This document shows positions 48,255-57,721 of a DNA stretch of 64,000 nucleotides, in pieces. Each line of letters starts with the position of its first letter. The first letter of the stretch is position 1. The DNA is taken from assembly GCA_965277805.1 (NCBI GenBank), contig OZ255842.1, positions 2,240,001-2,304,000 of the forward strand, written 5' to 3'. The stretch comes from Candidatus Lustribacter sp. Lineage in GTDB: Bacteria > Vulcanimicrobiota > Vulcanimicrobiia > Vulcanimicrobiales > Vulcanimicrobiaceae. A model generated the notes under the pieces. The model worked only from the letters and a program-made list of their open reading frames with translations, did not search any database and had not been told where the DNA came from. The position numbers and the translations under genes were made by a program.

Positions 48255-49052
48255 CTAGGCCGTGCCGAGCTCCTCGCTCACGCGGGCGGCGGCTTCTTGC
48301 AGTGCGCGGCCGATCTCGTTGGCCCGGCTCAATGAAAGATCGGAAGCAAACGCGAGCGCCGTGATGCAGCCGATCGGGTAGCCGTCCGGGTTGATGATCG
48401 CCGCCGCGCTCGCGCGCATGCCCTCGACCCAGTCGCCGTCGTCGACGGCGTAGCCACGCTTACGAATCGCGGCTAGCTCCGCTATCAGCGCCTTCGGCTC
48501 AACGATGCTCTTGGATGTGCACGGTTCGAGACCGCGCGCAACGTAGCGCTCGACTTCCTTTGGATCGAGGCGCGCCAGGCTCGCACGTCCGGGTGCAACG
48601 CAGTGCGCCGGAATACGTGAGCCCGGGCGCAGCATCAGGATCAGCGGCCGCGTTCCCTCGACGCTGTCGAGGTACACGACGTTGCCGTCTTCGTAGCGCA
48701 TCAGCACCATCGTATGTTCGTAGTCGTAAGCGAGACGGCGCAGATATGGTCCGGCGATGCGCCGGATCGGATAGTGCGCCATCGCTCGCGTCGCGAGCAT
48801 CGGCAAAAGCGAGCCCAGCCGGTACGTTTCCGAGCCCGGCAGCCGGCTCAGCAAATCTTCTTCTTCCATCGTCTGAATGACGCGATGCGCCGTCGCCGGC
48901 GAGAGGTCCAAGCGATCGCTGATATCTTGAAGCGACAACGTCGGCTCGGCGAGACTGAACAGCTTGAGAATTTCCACCGCGCGCCGAACCGCCTGCGTGC
49001 GCCGATTGAAGCTCGGTTCGCGTACGCTTTTCTTCTTGGAGGGTGCGGCCAT
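48255..49052 (-). CDS. IclR-family transcriptional regulator
   Basis: RAVEIL, LS.ATAHR, YRLG, VVY, IRKRGYA.D, AAAI. Confidence 0.93.
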   Translation of the reverse strand: MAAPSKKKSVREPSFNRRTQAVRRAVEILKLFSLAEPTLSLQDISDRLDLSPATAHRVIQTMEEEDLLSRLPGSETYRLGSLLPMLATRAMAHYPIRRIAGPYLRRLAYDYEHTMVLMRYEDGNVVYLDSVEGTRPLILMLRPGSRIPAHCVAPGRASLARLDPKEVERYVARGLEPCTSKSIVEPKALIAELAAIRKRGYAVDDGDWVEGMRASAAAIINPDGYPIGCITALAFASDLSLSRANEIGRALQEAAARVSEELGTA

Positions 49053-49128
49053 TGCCGCCGTTCGTTCGCTATGCCGGGACGGGAACCTTGAGATTGGAGA
49101 AACCCTATTGCGTTTGCACGACGCCCAC

Positions 49129-49173
49129 TTGACGCAAGTTTGCAGCCGATGCTAGATTAAAATCGGCTTTTAT
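49129..49173 (+). promoter_or_regulatory. promoter TTGACG-N18-TAGATT followed by operator-like TTAAAATCGGCTTTTAT (49157-49173)
   Basis: In the IclR/SBP divergent gap. Confidence 0.65.
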
Positions 49174-49174
49174 A

Positions 49175-50110
49175 ATGAAACGCACCGACTTCGTCCGCGC
49201 TACATTGGCTTCGACCGCGGCCTTCAGTCCGGGCGCGCTGCGGGCGCAAACGATCGAGCACTTTCCGGCTGCCGCAACGGCAACCGAAGGCGATGCGATC
49301 ATCTGGCTCGGTCAGTCGCTCGGCTATTTCGCGCGCGCAGGCATCGCGCTCGATCTCGAAGCCATGAGTTCGGGCGAAGTGGCGGCGGCCGCGCTCGTCG
49401 CCGGCAAGATCGTGCTGTGCAGCATGAATTCGATGTCGCTCGCGGTCGCGCACCAGAACGGCATCGACATCAGGGTCATCGCGTGCGGCGGCCAATGGGT
49501 GCGCGGTCGCAATGGCACGCAGTTGATGGTGCTGAAAGATTCCCCGATCAATTCCGGCAGCGCGCTTAACGGAAAGACGTTCGCGATCAACGTTCTGCGT
49601 GGGTCAGCTCAAATCTCGACCCTGGCATGGATCGACGCTCACGGCGGCGACTCGAGAACGACGCACTGGATCGAGATCCCGTTCGCCGCGATGCAGGCCG
49701 CGCTGGAATCCGGGCGCATCGATGCGGCGCCGATTCCGCAGCCGTTTGCGACCACCGCACTCGCGACGTGCCGTTCGTTGGGTCTGCCGAACGATGCCGT
49801 GGGCCCTAATTATCTGATCGGCGTGTATACCGCAATGAGCGCGTGGATCGCAGGCCATGCCGATGTCGCGCGCCGGATGCAATCCGCACTCTTCGCGTGC
49901 GCGCATTGGTATAACAACAATCCGGCGGCTTCGGTCGACGCCGTCGCTGCCATCACTAAACAAGAGCCTGTCCAAGTTGCCAACTCGACCCGTTCGTTCT
50001 TCGGCGAACGCCTCGGCCCGGATCTGCTTCAGCCGGTTATCGACGTCGGCGCAAAGTACGGCATCCTCAAAAGGCGGTTCGCCGCATCGGAGATCATCGC
50101 CCAATTATGA
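49175..50110 (+). CDS. SsuA/NMT1-type ABC substrate-binding protein
   Basis: MKRTDFV Tat-like signal, LNGKTFA, WIDAHGGD, EIPF. Confidence 0.86.
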   Translation: MKRTDFVRATLASTAAFSPGALRAQTIEHFPAAATATEGDAIIWLGQSLGYFARAGIALDLEAMSSGEVAAAALVAGKIVLCSMNSMSLAVAHQNGIDIRVIACGGQWVRGRNGTQLMVLKDSPINSGSALNGKTFAINVLRGSAQISTLAWIDAHGGDSRTTHWIEIPFAAMQAALESGRIDAAPIPQPFATTALATCRSLGLPNDAVGPNYLIGVYTAMSAWIAGHADVARRMQSALFACAHWYNNNPAASVDAVAAITKQEPVQVANSTRSFFGERLGPDLLQPVIDVGAKYGILKRRFAASEIIAQL

Positions 50111-51069
50111 TCGGTAACGGCTGCATCGACGTCCATGCCCACGCGTTCAGCTCCGAGTATGTCCAACTGCTCGAGCAACTCGGTGCCCGGTCCGAGGTGA
50201 TGTCGACGACGCGTAACGTCTTCTCGGCCTCACAGCAGGACGATGTTGCGCTCCGGCTCGCCGCGATGGACTGGGGCGGCGTCGAGCGCCAGGTGCTCTC
50301 GATGTCGGCGGCCACGCCGTACTTTGAAGACCTCGCCGCCGCGCAGCGCGCCGCGCGCTTCATCAACGACGAGCACGCCGAACTGTGCCGTCGCCATCCC
50401 GACCGCTTCTCGTTCTTCTGCGTGCTGCCGATGCCGCACGTCGACGCCTCGCTCGAGGAGCTGCGCCGCTGCATCGAGGAACTCGGCGCTGCGGGCGTCA
50501 CGTTCACGACGCAGATCGGGGACCGCGCGCTCACGGATCCGGCGTTCACGGAGATCTTCGCCGAGCTCGACAGGCGCAGCGTGGTAACGTTCCTCCACCC
50601 ACCCGGCCTTGCATGCGCATCTCCGGTCATTAAAAATAGCGGCCTGAGCTGGTCGCTCGGAGCGCCCATCGAAGATGCGGTCTGCGCGATGCAGCTGATG
50701 AACGCCGATTTCCCGCGCCGCTACCCGCAACTCAAAGTGATCCTGCCGCACCTCGGCGGCTTCATCGCGTTCTTGCGTTATCGCCTCGGACGCAGCGCCG
50801 ATAAGACGATACCGTTGCCGGCCGACCAGATGCGCGCGTTTTGGTATGATACCGCCAACGGCGAGCCGGCGGCACTCCGCGCCTCGATCGAGTGCTATGG
50901 CCTCGAGCGGCTCGTTTTCGGCACGGACTATCCGTATTGGACGCCCGGCGCGGGCTACGAGCAGGCCGTGCACTACATCGAGCAAATCGGCCTGGGGCCC
51001 GCGGAGCTGGCCGCAATCCGTTACGGTAACGCGAAAAAGCTCTTCGGGCATGTGCTGGCAAGCAATTGA
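50107..51069 (+). CDS. amidohydrolase-2 family (decarboxylase/hydratase type)
   Basis: IDVHAH, FLHP, PHLGG, FGTDYP, GNAKKL. Confidence 0.88.
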   Translation: MIGNGCIDVHAHAFSSEYVQLLEQLGARSEVMSTTRNVFSASQQDDVALRLAAMDWGGVERQVLSMSAATPYFEDLAAAQRAARFINDEHAELCRRHPDRFSFFCVLPMPHVDASLEELRRCIEELGAAGVTFTTQIGDRALTDPAFTEIFAELDRRSVVTFLHPPGLACASPVIKNSGLSWSLGAPIEDAVCAMQLMNADFPRRYPQLKVILPHLGGFIAFLRYRLGRSADKTIPLPADQMRAFWYDTANGEPAALRASIECYGLERLVFGTDYPYWTPGAGYEQAVHYIEQIGLGPAELAAIRYGNAKKLFGHVLASN

Positions 51070-51094
51070 GAGCCCTCGAAGCAGTGTTGTCGTC

Positions 51095-51979
51095 GTGAGC
51101 CGCCGGTTCGACGTCCCGTTTCCGCCGGACCCCAATCCCCGCAAGCCACGATTTCGCGTTCCGCCGGGCAGTTGGGACACACATTTCCACCTCTACGGGC
51201 CGCCCGACCGGTTTCCATATGCAGAGAACCGCGTGCGCACGCCGCCGGCGGCGCCGATCGAGCACTGGTGGAGCATGAGCGCCGCAATTGGAATCTCCCG
51301 CGGAGTGACGGTCACGCCGGGCATTCATGGCTCGAACAACGACGCAACGCTCGACGCGATCGAGCGCTCGGACGGCCGCCTCGTCGGCATGATCCGTGCC
51401 GATAGCGCACTCACCGCGCAAGATATTGCCCGGCTTCATAAGCGCGGCATCCGAGGCATGCGTTTTGCATTCGCCACGCACCGCACGAACTCGTTCGACG
51501 AAGCGCAGCTGCGCTTGAATCTCGCTCATATCGAGCCCTCGAGTTGGGTCGTCGCGTTCTTACTCGATGGCGGTGCGCTGGAACGCCATGCCGACACGAT
51601 CGCGAGCGTACCGCTGCCGGTCGTCATCGATGGATTCGCGGGCATTTTGCCCCGGCTCGGCGTCGACCAACCGATCCTACGGACGCTGCTCGATCTGTTA
51701 CGGCGTCCGAACGTTCATCTGAAGATCATGTGCCCCGACCGGGAGCTGCATGCCGGCGAGCGGTATGAAGATGTCGTCGCGCTCGTGCGAACGATCGTGG
51801 CGAGCGCGCCGGACCGGATCATGTGGGGATCCGATTGGCCGCATTCGTATCTCTTCGAAGCCGGCAAGATTCCGAACGACGGTGATCTGCTGAGCATGCT
51901 GGCGGACTTTGCCCCCGACGAATCCGTACGCCGGAAGATCCTCGTCGACAATCCAACGCGGCTGTTCGACATCGGTTAG
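51095..51979 (+). CDS. amidohydrolase, 2-pyrone-4,6-dicarboxylate lactonase (LigI)-like
   Basis: P.GSWDTHFH, HG.NN...LDA, G.RG.RF, WGSDWPH, ILVDNP.RL; GTG start inferred. Confidence 0.82.
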   Translation: MSRRFDVPFPPDPNPRKPRFRVPPGSWDTHFHLYGPPDRFPYAENRVRTPPAAPIEHWWSMSAAIGISRGVTVTPGIHGSNNDATLDAIERSDGRLVGMIRADSALTAQDIARLHKRGIRGMRFAFATHRTNSFDEAQLRLNLAHIEPSSWVVAFLLDGGALERHADTIASVPLPVVIDGFAGILPRLGVDQPILRTLLDLLRRPNVHLKIMCPDRELHAGERYEDVVALVRTIVASAPDRIMWGSDWPHSYLFEAGKIPNDGDLLSMLADFAPDESVRRKILVDNPTRLFDIG

Positions 51980-52005
51980 CCGGCCGTATCCAAAAGGCAG
52001 ATAGC

Positions 52006-52950
52006 ATGCGTAGAGCTCGCTTTGCGGCCGCGGTCGCTGCAACAACACTTATGCCGGTGCCCGCGTTCGCACAGTCGCTTTCGCTGCCCGCCGTGCGGAT
52101 TGCGACCGTCCCAATCGACAGTGGCATGCAGGTCCGCTACGCACAAGACCTTGGCTCATTCGCAAAGGCGGGGCTGAGCGTCGAGGTTCAAGCGATCACG
52201 AACGGCTCGCAGATCACGGCGGCGGTCATCGCGGGTACCATCGACATCGGCTTTTCGAACCTGCTCTCGGTGATCCAGGCATACGAGCGCGGCATTCCGA
52301 TCGTCGCCCTCTTTCCAGCCGGACTTTATAGTTCAGAACGGCCCAACGGCGGTCTGGTCGTTGCCAAAGACTCGACAATCGCATCGGCCAAGGACTTGAA
52401 CGGCAAGACGATCGGGATTTCCACGCTCGGCAATATGACGCAGCTCGCCCCTATGGCCTGGATCGATCAGCACGGCGGCGATTACAAAAGCGTGCGCTGG
52501 ATTGAAATTCCGGCATTTCCGGCGCTGCAAGCCGCGGTCGAACAACACCGGATCGATGCCGCGTTCTTAAGCGATCCCATCTTCACGGCGGCCAAACAAA
52601 CGGATCGGCTCCTTGCGAACGCGCTCGACGCGATCGGACCGCGCTTCGTGACCGGAACCTGGTTCTCCACGAAGCAGTGGGCCGAGCAGCACCCTGACCT
52701 CGTTGCGCGATTCATTGCCGCGATGAAGGAGGCGTCGCATTGGGCGAATACCCATCCGCGAGACGCCGTGCCGCTGATCGCCAAATACACGAACGTACCG
52801 CTCGACGTCGTATCCAGCGAGCCGGTGACGGTTCTCGGCGAAGGGCTGATTTCGAGTGATTACAAGCCACTACTCGATGCCGCATCAAAATATGGTCTCG
52901 TGCCGAGACCGATCTCCGTTGGGGAACTCATCGTTCGCCCGCCTCGTTAG
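52006..52950 (+). CDS. SsuA/NMT1-type ABC substrate-binding protein
   Basis: MRRARF signal, DIGFSN, DLNGKTIG, WIDQHGGD. Confidence 0.87.
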   Translation: MRRARFAAAVAATTLMPVPAFAQSLSLPAVRIATVPIDSGMQVRYAQDLGSFAKAGLSVEVQAITNGSQITAAVIAGTIDIGFSNLLSVIQAYERGIPIVALFPAGLYSSERPNGGLVVAKDSTIASAKDLNGKTIGISTLGNMTQLAPMAWIDQHGGDYKSVRWIEIPAFPALQAAVEQHRIDAAFLSDPIFTAAKQTDRLLANALDAIGPRFVTGTWFSTKQWAEQHPDLVARFIAAMKEASHWANTHPRDAVPLIAKYTNVPLDVVSSEPVTVLGEGLISSDYKPLLDAASKYGLVPRPISVGELIVRPPR

Positions 52951-53986
52951 GGAATTGTAGGCGATGCGCAGTCCGTTCCGATATCCCCGGCTGCCCGGTC
53001 CGGCGCACGTTCTGAATGAGCCTGTTATTATATTCTTCCGCTTCGACTTCATCATAGCGCGGCGGATTCGACGCATCGTGACACGTCGGCAAGCAGCGGA
53101 TCAGTGAGCTTCCATGCGGATAGGTAAAAAACGGCAGCGACACCCGCGGCTTTCCGGCTAGATTCAGCGCCCGATGCAGCGTCGACATATAGAGATCGTT
53201 TGTCCACATCGCGAGCATGTCGCCGATGTTGACGACGAACGTGTTCGGAATAGGCGGAACATCGATCCACTGGCCCGCTGAATTTTTGGCTTGCAAACCA
53301 CCAACGGTATCCTGGAGCAAGATCGTAAACGCGCCGTAATCCGTATGTGGCGAGAAGCTCCACTGATTCTCTTGGAGCTGCGCTTGGTCGACCGGCGGAT
53401 AGTAGTTCAGGAGCAGGTTTGCTCCAAGATAGCGGAACATCTCGTCGAAAAACGCTTCGTCGAGCCCTAAACTCAGCGCGAGAGCACGCGCCAGCGTGCG
53501 TGCCAGGTTCGAGCACGTTCGCATATACGACTTCATGAAGTCCTCGAAACCCGGTGCGAGCTTCGGGTCGGGCCACTGACTGTTGCCCGCGTTATAGTTT
53601 CCGTTTGCCGGCTCGCCCGCAATGAGTTCGCGACTCATCGTAAAGCGCTCTTTGATGTCCGGCGCCGCCACCGTGCGCTCCACTCCGCCGACTTGCACGA
53701 AACCGCGGCCGGCCGGACTATTCACGCTCGAAACGCTGAGCTTGTCCTCAAGCGGCAGCGCAAAAAAGCGATGTGACAATTGGAGTGCGCGTTCCAGCTC
53801 CGCTTCGCTTAGCCCGTGCCCGACGAGGTAAAAGAAGCCGATGCTGATGCACGCCTCGCGCAGCTGCGCGGCCACTTCGGAACGCTCTGCTAATGTGCCG
53901 CCGTTCACGAACGGAGCGAGATCGATGACCGGCAAAGCGGTTACGGCTTGTCGCTCTACTCCGGAAGGAATCGCATGACCCTGCAT
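52928..53986 (-). CDS. isopenicillin-N-synthase-family 2OG/Fe(II) oxygenase
   Basis: LPVIDL, GFFYL.GHG, HTDYG..TIL.QD..GGLQ, NIGDML..WTN..Y.STLHR, RVS. Confidence 0.93.
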   Translation of the reverse strand: MQGHAIPSGVERQAVTALPVIDLAPFVNGGTLAERSEVAAQLREACISIGFFYLVGHGLSEAELERALQLSHRFFALPLEDKLSVSSVNSPAGRGFVQVGGVERTVAAPDIKERFTMSRELIAGEPANGNYNAGNSQWPDPKLAPGFEDFMKSYMRTCSNLARTLARALALSLGLDEAFFDEMFRYLGANLLLNYYPPVDQAQLQENQWSFSPHTDYGAFTILLQDTVGGLQAKNSAGQWIDVPPIPNTFVVNIGDMLAMWTNDLYMSTLHRALNLAGKPRVSLPFFTYPHGSSLIRCLPTCHDASNPPRYDEVEAEEYNNRLIQNVRRTGQPGISERTAHRLQFPNEAGER

Positions 53987-54004
53987 TCCGCCTACCTCTG
54001 ATCG

Positions 54005-54784
54005 TTAGTGATGGGTTAGGCCACCGTTGACCGCGATTGCTTGACCGGTGACGAAACCGCTCGCGGGGCTGGCAAGGAAGAGCACGAGCCCGACGATATC
54101 CTGGGGTGTTTCGGGACGCTGGATGCACTGATTCGCGGCGATCCTGGCGGCGACTTGATCGTCGAAGCCGGCCCGAGGAATCTCGGTCGTCGTGGCGCCG
54201 GGGATGATCGTATTGACCGTGATATTGAACTTGCCCAATTCGGTCGAAAGCGCATTCGTCATGCCCAGCAATGCCGATTTCGAGGTGACGTAGTGCAAGT
54301 AATTCGGGGTACCTTGCCAAATTGACGACGTCGCGATATTGATGATGCGGCCCCACTGTGCCGCGCGCATCACCGGGGCGACCGCCCGGCTGCAGTAATA
54401 CGGGCCGTTGACGTTAACGCGCAAGACGGTGTCCCAATCTTCGAGCGGGATCTCGTCGAACGGCCCCTTCTTCAGGGTCGAAAAGATCGCAGCATTGTTG
54501 ATCAGAATGTCGACACGACCGAAGGTGCTCGTAACGGTCTCGACCATCTTCGTGCACGCCTCGAGATCGGCGACGTCGACCTCTACGGCGAGAGCGCGTC
54601 CACCGGCATCGACAATCCCCTTTTCGACGCGCTTTGCATTTTCGAGATTGAGCTCGGCGATGACCGGTATAGCCCCCGCCGCAGCAAATGCCAGCGCGTA
54701 TTCGCGTCCGATCCCTTGGCCGGCTCCCGTAACGATTGCGACCCGGTCCGTGAGATCCCGAAGGTCGCCGGTCAGCATTGCCAC
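54005..54784 (-). CDS. SDR-family oxidoreductase
   Basis: TGAGQGIG, NNA, YVTSK, ITVN.I.PG, TGQ...VNGG. Confidence 0.94.
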   Translation of the reverse strand: MAMLTGDLRDLTDRVAIVTGAGQGIGREYALAFAAAGAIPVIAELNLENAKRVEKGIVDAGGRALAVEVDVADLEACTKMVETVTSTFGRVDILINNAAIFSTLKKGPFDEIPLEDWDTVLRVNVNGPYYCSRAVAPVMRAAQWGRIINIATSSIWQGTPNYLHYVTSKSALLGMTNALSTELGKFNITVNTIIPGATTTEIPRAGFDDQVAARIAANQCIQRPETPQDIVGLVLFLASPASGFVTGQAIAVNGGLTHH

Positions 54785-54842
54785 GCATTGACTCCTGAAG
54801 AGCGGGAAGGTATTTGGCTTTTGGGCAGTCGCGCTGCCGTTC

Positions 54843-55994
54843 CTATTGCTTAACGAGCACCCAGTCGCTCTTCGGCACGTCCCACCGCATCACGACGAGA
54901 TTATCGGCCGTCAGCCCGCGTTGGTTGCCGCCGCGAAAGTCATAAACACCCGCGATGCCGGCGAAGCCGTGTAAATTTTCGATGTACGAATGGACCTGAG
55001 CACTCGTGGCATCAGCACCTAACGTGCGGAGCGCTTGAACGAGAATCAACCCGGCGTCCCAAAGGAAGCCGCTTTGCAGACTTACCGGGTAATTTGATGC
55101 GCGCATCGCCTCATAAAATGCGCGCTGCGGTGCACCCAGTTTGCCGCCCGGCGCTGCCGACGGCAACATATACCTCAGCCCGGGGAAGTAGAGTTCCTTC
55201 GGCATGATCGACGCGAATTGCCGGATCTCACCGTAGGTCATGTTGCCCGAGGTCGTCACCATCGGCAGATCTAAGCCCGCGTCGCTCACGCCATGCAGCA
55301 GCGTGCCGAATGGTGCGTTCGGCGCCCAGAGGAACACCACTTGCGGTTGGGCCGCCTTGATATCAGCGATTTGTGCGCCGACCGAGAGATCCGTGGGATT
55401 GAAGTGTTCGCGCCGGACCAATTTCAACTGCTTGTTCTCGGGCATCGCCAACGCCACGTCCATGGCCGCGTCGGCTTCTTGCCCGGAGGCGTCGGTGAGC
55501 GTGATGCTGGCGATACGATTCCAGCCGCGATCGCGCGCATAACGAACGAGTGCGATCACTTGGTCGCTATTCGAAACGCTGCCGGAAAAAAGGTAGCTGT
55601 CTTTCGCCGGATGGACCGCCGGCGATTGGCAGTACTGCACAGGACCGTTCTTAAGCAACGGCTCAGTTGCGCGACAACTGCCGACGACGCCTGGCCCAAG
55701 CATCCACTGGACGTGTTTTGCGATCAACTGATTCGTGAGTTCGACGGCCGTCTTGGCATCCGACCCCTCATCGAGGAATTGGAACCTGATCGGCTGCCCT
55801 TTGATGCCGCCCTGCGCATTTACCATCGACTGCAACGCGAGAAGAGCGTTTTGATTGTCCTTCCCGGAAAAGGCCGCCGAGCCGGTCAACGGCAGGATCG
55901 CATAGATATCGATCGGCTCGTTGAGCGTAGCCGGGGAGGCTGCCGATGCGCCGGCGAGCACGAGGGTAATGGCAAGAGCCATGAATTGAGTCAC
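54843..55994 (-). CDS. LivJ/LivK-type (branched-chain amino acid family) substrate-binding protein
   Basis: ILPLTG..A..G, VNAQGGIKG, F.GIAG.YDF. Confidence 0.88.
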   Translation of the reverse strand: MTQFMALAITLVLAGASAASPATLNEPIDIYAILPLTGSAAFSGKDNQNALLALQSMVNAQGGIKGQPIRFQFLDEGSDAKTAVELTNQLIAKHVQWMLGPGVVGSCRATEPLLKNGPVQYCQSPAVHPAKDSYLFSGSVSNSDQVIALVRYARDRGWNRIASITLTDASGQEADAAMDVALAMPENKQLKLVRREHFNPTDLSVGAQIADIKAAQPQVVFLWAPNAPFGTLLHGVSDAGLDLPMVTTSGNMTYGEIRQFASIMPKELYFPGLRYMLPSAAPGGKLGAPQRAFYEAMRASNYPVSLQSGFLWDAGLILVQALRTLGADATSAQVHSYIENLHGFAGIAGVYDFRGGNQRGLTADNLVVMRWDVPKSDWVLVKQ

Positions 55995-56035
55995 GTGTTC
56001 ACTCCCTATCGTTCAAAACACGGCCGGCTTTTCAC

Positions 56036-57004
56036 CTAACGCAAAGATAACGGCGTCAAGAGATCGCGGGCTGGAAACGCGGCTTTGATTGCGCCGAAGC
56101 GTGCGGCAACATCGATAACAGGCTGCACTAATTCGGGCGTCGTCTGTGAGGCAAAATACGGCCTTTGCGCCGCGAGCATATCGGCGACGGACAGCGGCGT
56201 GTATTTCGCGAATAATTTGACCGCCTCGTCCGCGTGCGCATTAGCCCATGCCGACGCCTTGCTCAAGGCATCTGTAAGGCGCTTCGCAAGATCCGGATGC
56301 TGCTGCACCCAGCTCGTCGTGGTAAACCAACCGGCAGCGACGAACGTCGGCGCGATCGAGTTGTAGGTGTACGCAACTCGTCGTAACCCGGCTTGTGCTT
56401 TCGCGGTGGCCGCGTTGCCGGGATCGATTTCGATCGCATCGACGCGACCCAACAACGCGCTATCGACCAGCATCGGAATCGACGTCTCCACGAAATGGAC
56501 GGTCGTCGAGTCGCCGCCATTGTGGTCGATCCAGTTACGTAGCGCGTAGAACGATGTGTTACTCAGGCTCAAGACCGCGGTCGTCTTGCCGTCCAAGTCT
56601 TTTCCGGTGCGGATCGGCGAATTCTTCGCCACTTCGAGCAGGCCATCTGTGGGATCACTCGACCGGTAAAGCTCGGTTCCCAGGAGCATGCTTACCGGGA
56701 GGCCTTTGTCATGCGCGACGATCAACGAGATCACGTTCGAGAAGCCCACGTCGACCGAGCCCGACACGACGGCCGCGGTGATAGCGGCGCCGTTTTGCAA
56801 CGACGTGAATTCAGCCTTGATTCCGGCTTCTTGAAAATAGCCAAGGTCGCTAGCATAGTACGTAACGGCTGCAGTCTCCGTCGTAATGACCGCTATGCGC
56901 ACCGTCGCGAGATCGGCTTGTCCGCGTGCCCAAGCGCCGGTGTCTACAACGCCGCCGAGCAAAGGGGCTGTCGCGGCCAACGATATCCACGCCGCCCGTC
57001 TCAT
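56036..57004 (-). CDS. SsuA/NMT1-type ABC substrate-binding protein
   Basis: MRRAAW signal, NGAAITAAV.SGSVDVGFSN, WIDHNGGD. Confidence 0.86.
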   Translation of the reverse strand: MRRAAWISLAATAPLLGGVVDTGAWARGQADLATVRIAVITTETAAVTYYASDLGYFQEAGIKAEFTSLQNGAAITAAVVSGSVDVGFSNVISLIVAHDKGLPVSMLLGTELYRSSDPTDGLLEVAKNSPIRTGKDLDGKTTAVLSLSNTSFYALRNWIDHNGGDSTTVHFVETSIPMLVDSALLGRVDAIEIDPGNAATAKAQAGLRRVAYTYNSIAPTFVAAGWFTTTSWVQQHPDLAKRLTDALSKASAWANAHADEAVKLFAKYTPLSVADMLAAQRPYFASQTTPELVQPVIDVAARFGAIKAAFPARDLLTPLSLR

Positions 57005-57684
57005 TTGATCGTGATCGTCAAATCGGTGAGGCCGTCGACGTGTCCTTGAAGACGATCCCCGCGCACGACCGCGTTGACGCCGTCGGGCGTCCCGGTAAAG
57101 ATGATGTCACCCGGCGCGAGTTCCACCAACTCGGAGAGGAACGACAGCATTTCCGGCACGTTCCAGATCATGTCTCCAAGTGCGCCGTGCTGACGCACCG
57201 AATCGTTCACCTTGAGCCAAATCGCGGCGCCGGCCGGCAAATGGCCGACGGCGTCAACCGGCGAGAGCGGACCGCATGGCGCGGATTGATCGAAACCTTT
57301 GGACATGTCCCACGGACGGCGCAGCGCTTTGGCTTCGTCCTGAAGATCACGACGCGTCATGTCCAAGCCCACCGCATAGCCGAACACGAGATCGAGCGCA
57401 CGCTCCACCGGCACGTTGCTGCCGCCGGCCTTGAGCGCGACGACCAGCTCGATCTCGTGGTGGTAGTTGTTCGTTTTGGCCGGATACGGAACCGTGCTTT
57501 CGCACGTTACGGCGTCGGTCGGTTTCATGAAGAAAAAGGGTGGCTCGCGATCGGGATCGGCACCCATCTCGCGGGCGTGCGCGGCGTAATTACGGCCAAC
57601 GCAATAGATGCGGCGCACCGGAAAGCGATCGCCGCCGGCGACGGGAATCGTGGTCATCGCGGGGGCCGCAACGGTTGTGGTCAT
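57001..57684 (-). CDS. fumarylacetoacetate hydrolase family (fumarylpyruvate/acylpyruvate hydrolase-like)
   Basis: RRIYCVGRNYAAH, PFFFMKP, HHEIELV, DMTRRDLQ, GDIIFTGTP. Confidence 0.93.
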   Translation of the reverse strand: MTTTVAAPAMTTIPVAGGDRFPVRRIYCVGRNYAAHAREMGADPDREPPFFFMKPTDAVTCESTVPYPAKTNNYHHEIELVVALKAGGSNVPVERALDLVFGYAVGLDMTRRDLQDEAKALRRPWDMSKGFDQSAPCGPLSPVDAVGHLPAGAAIWLKVNDSVRQHGALGDMIWNVPEMLSFLSELVELAPGDIIFTGTPDGVNAVVRGDRLQGHVDGLTDLTITIK

Positions 57685-57721
57685 CGTATCTCCAGTCGGA
57701 ATAATAAGCATATTGACATGG

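Noticed and set aside
49171-49176. Perfect TATAAT box
   Set aside because: Overlaps the ATG of the SBP gene, so it cannot be that gene's -10
50630-50646. TTAAAA hexamer as a sixth operator copy
   Set aside because: Lies inside a CDS and the right half (ATAGCGGCCTG) does not match
52928-53986. Beta-lactam biosynthesis (IPNS)
   Set aside because: Generic 2OG-Fe(II) family motifs; no ACV synthetase or other NRPS in the window
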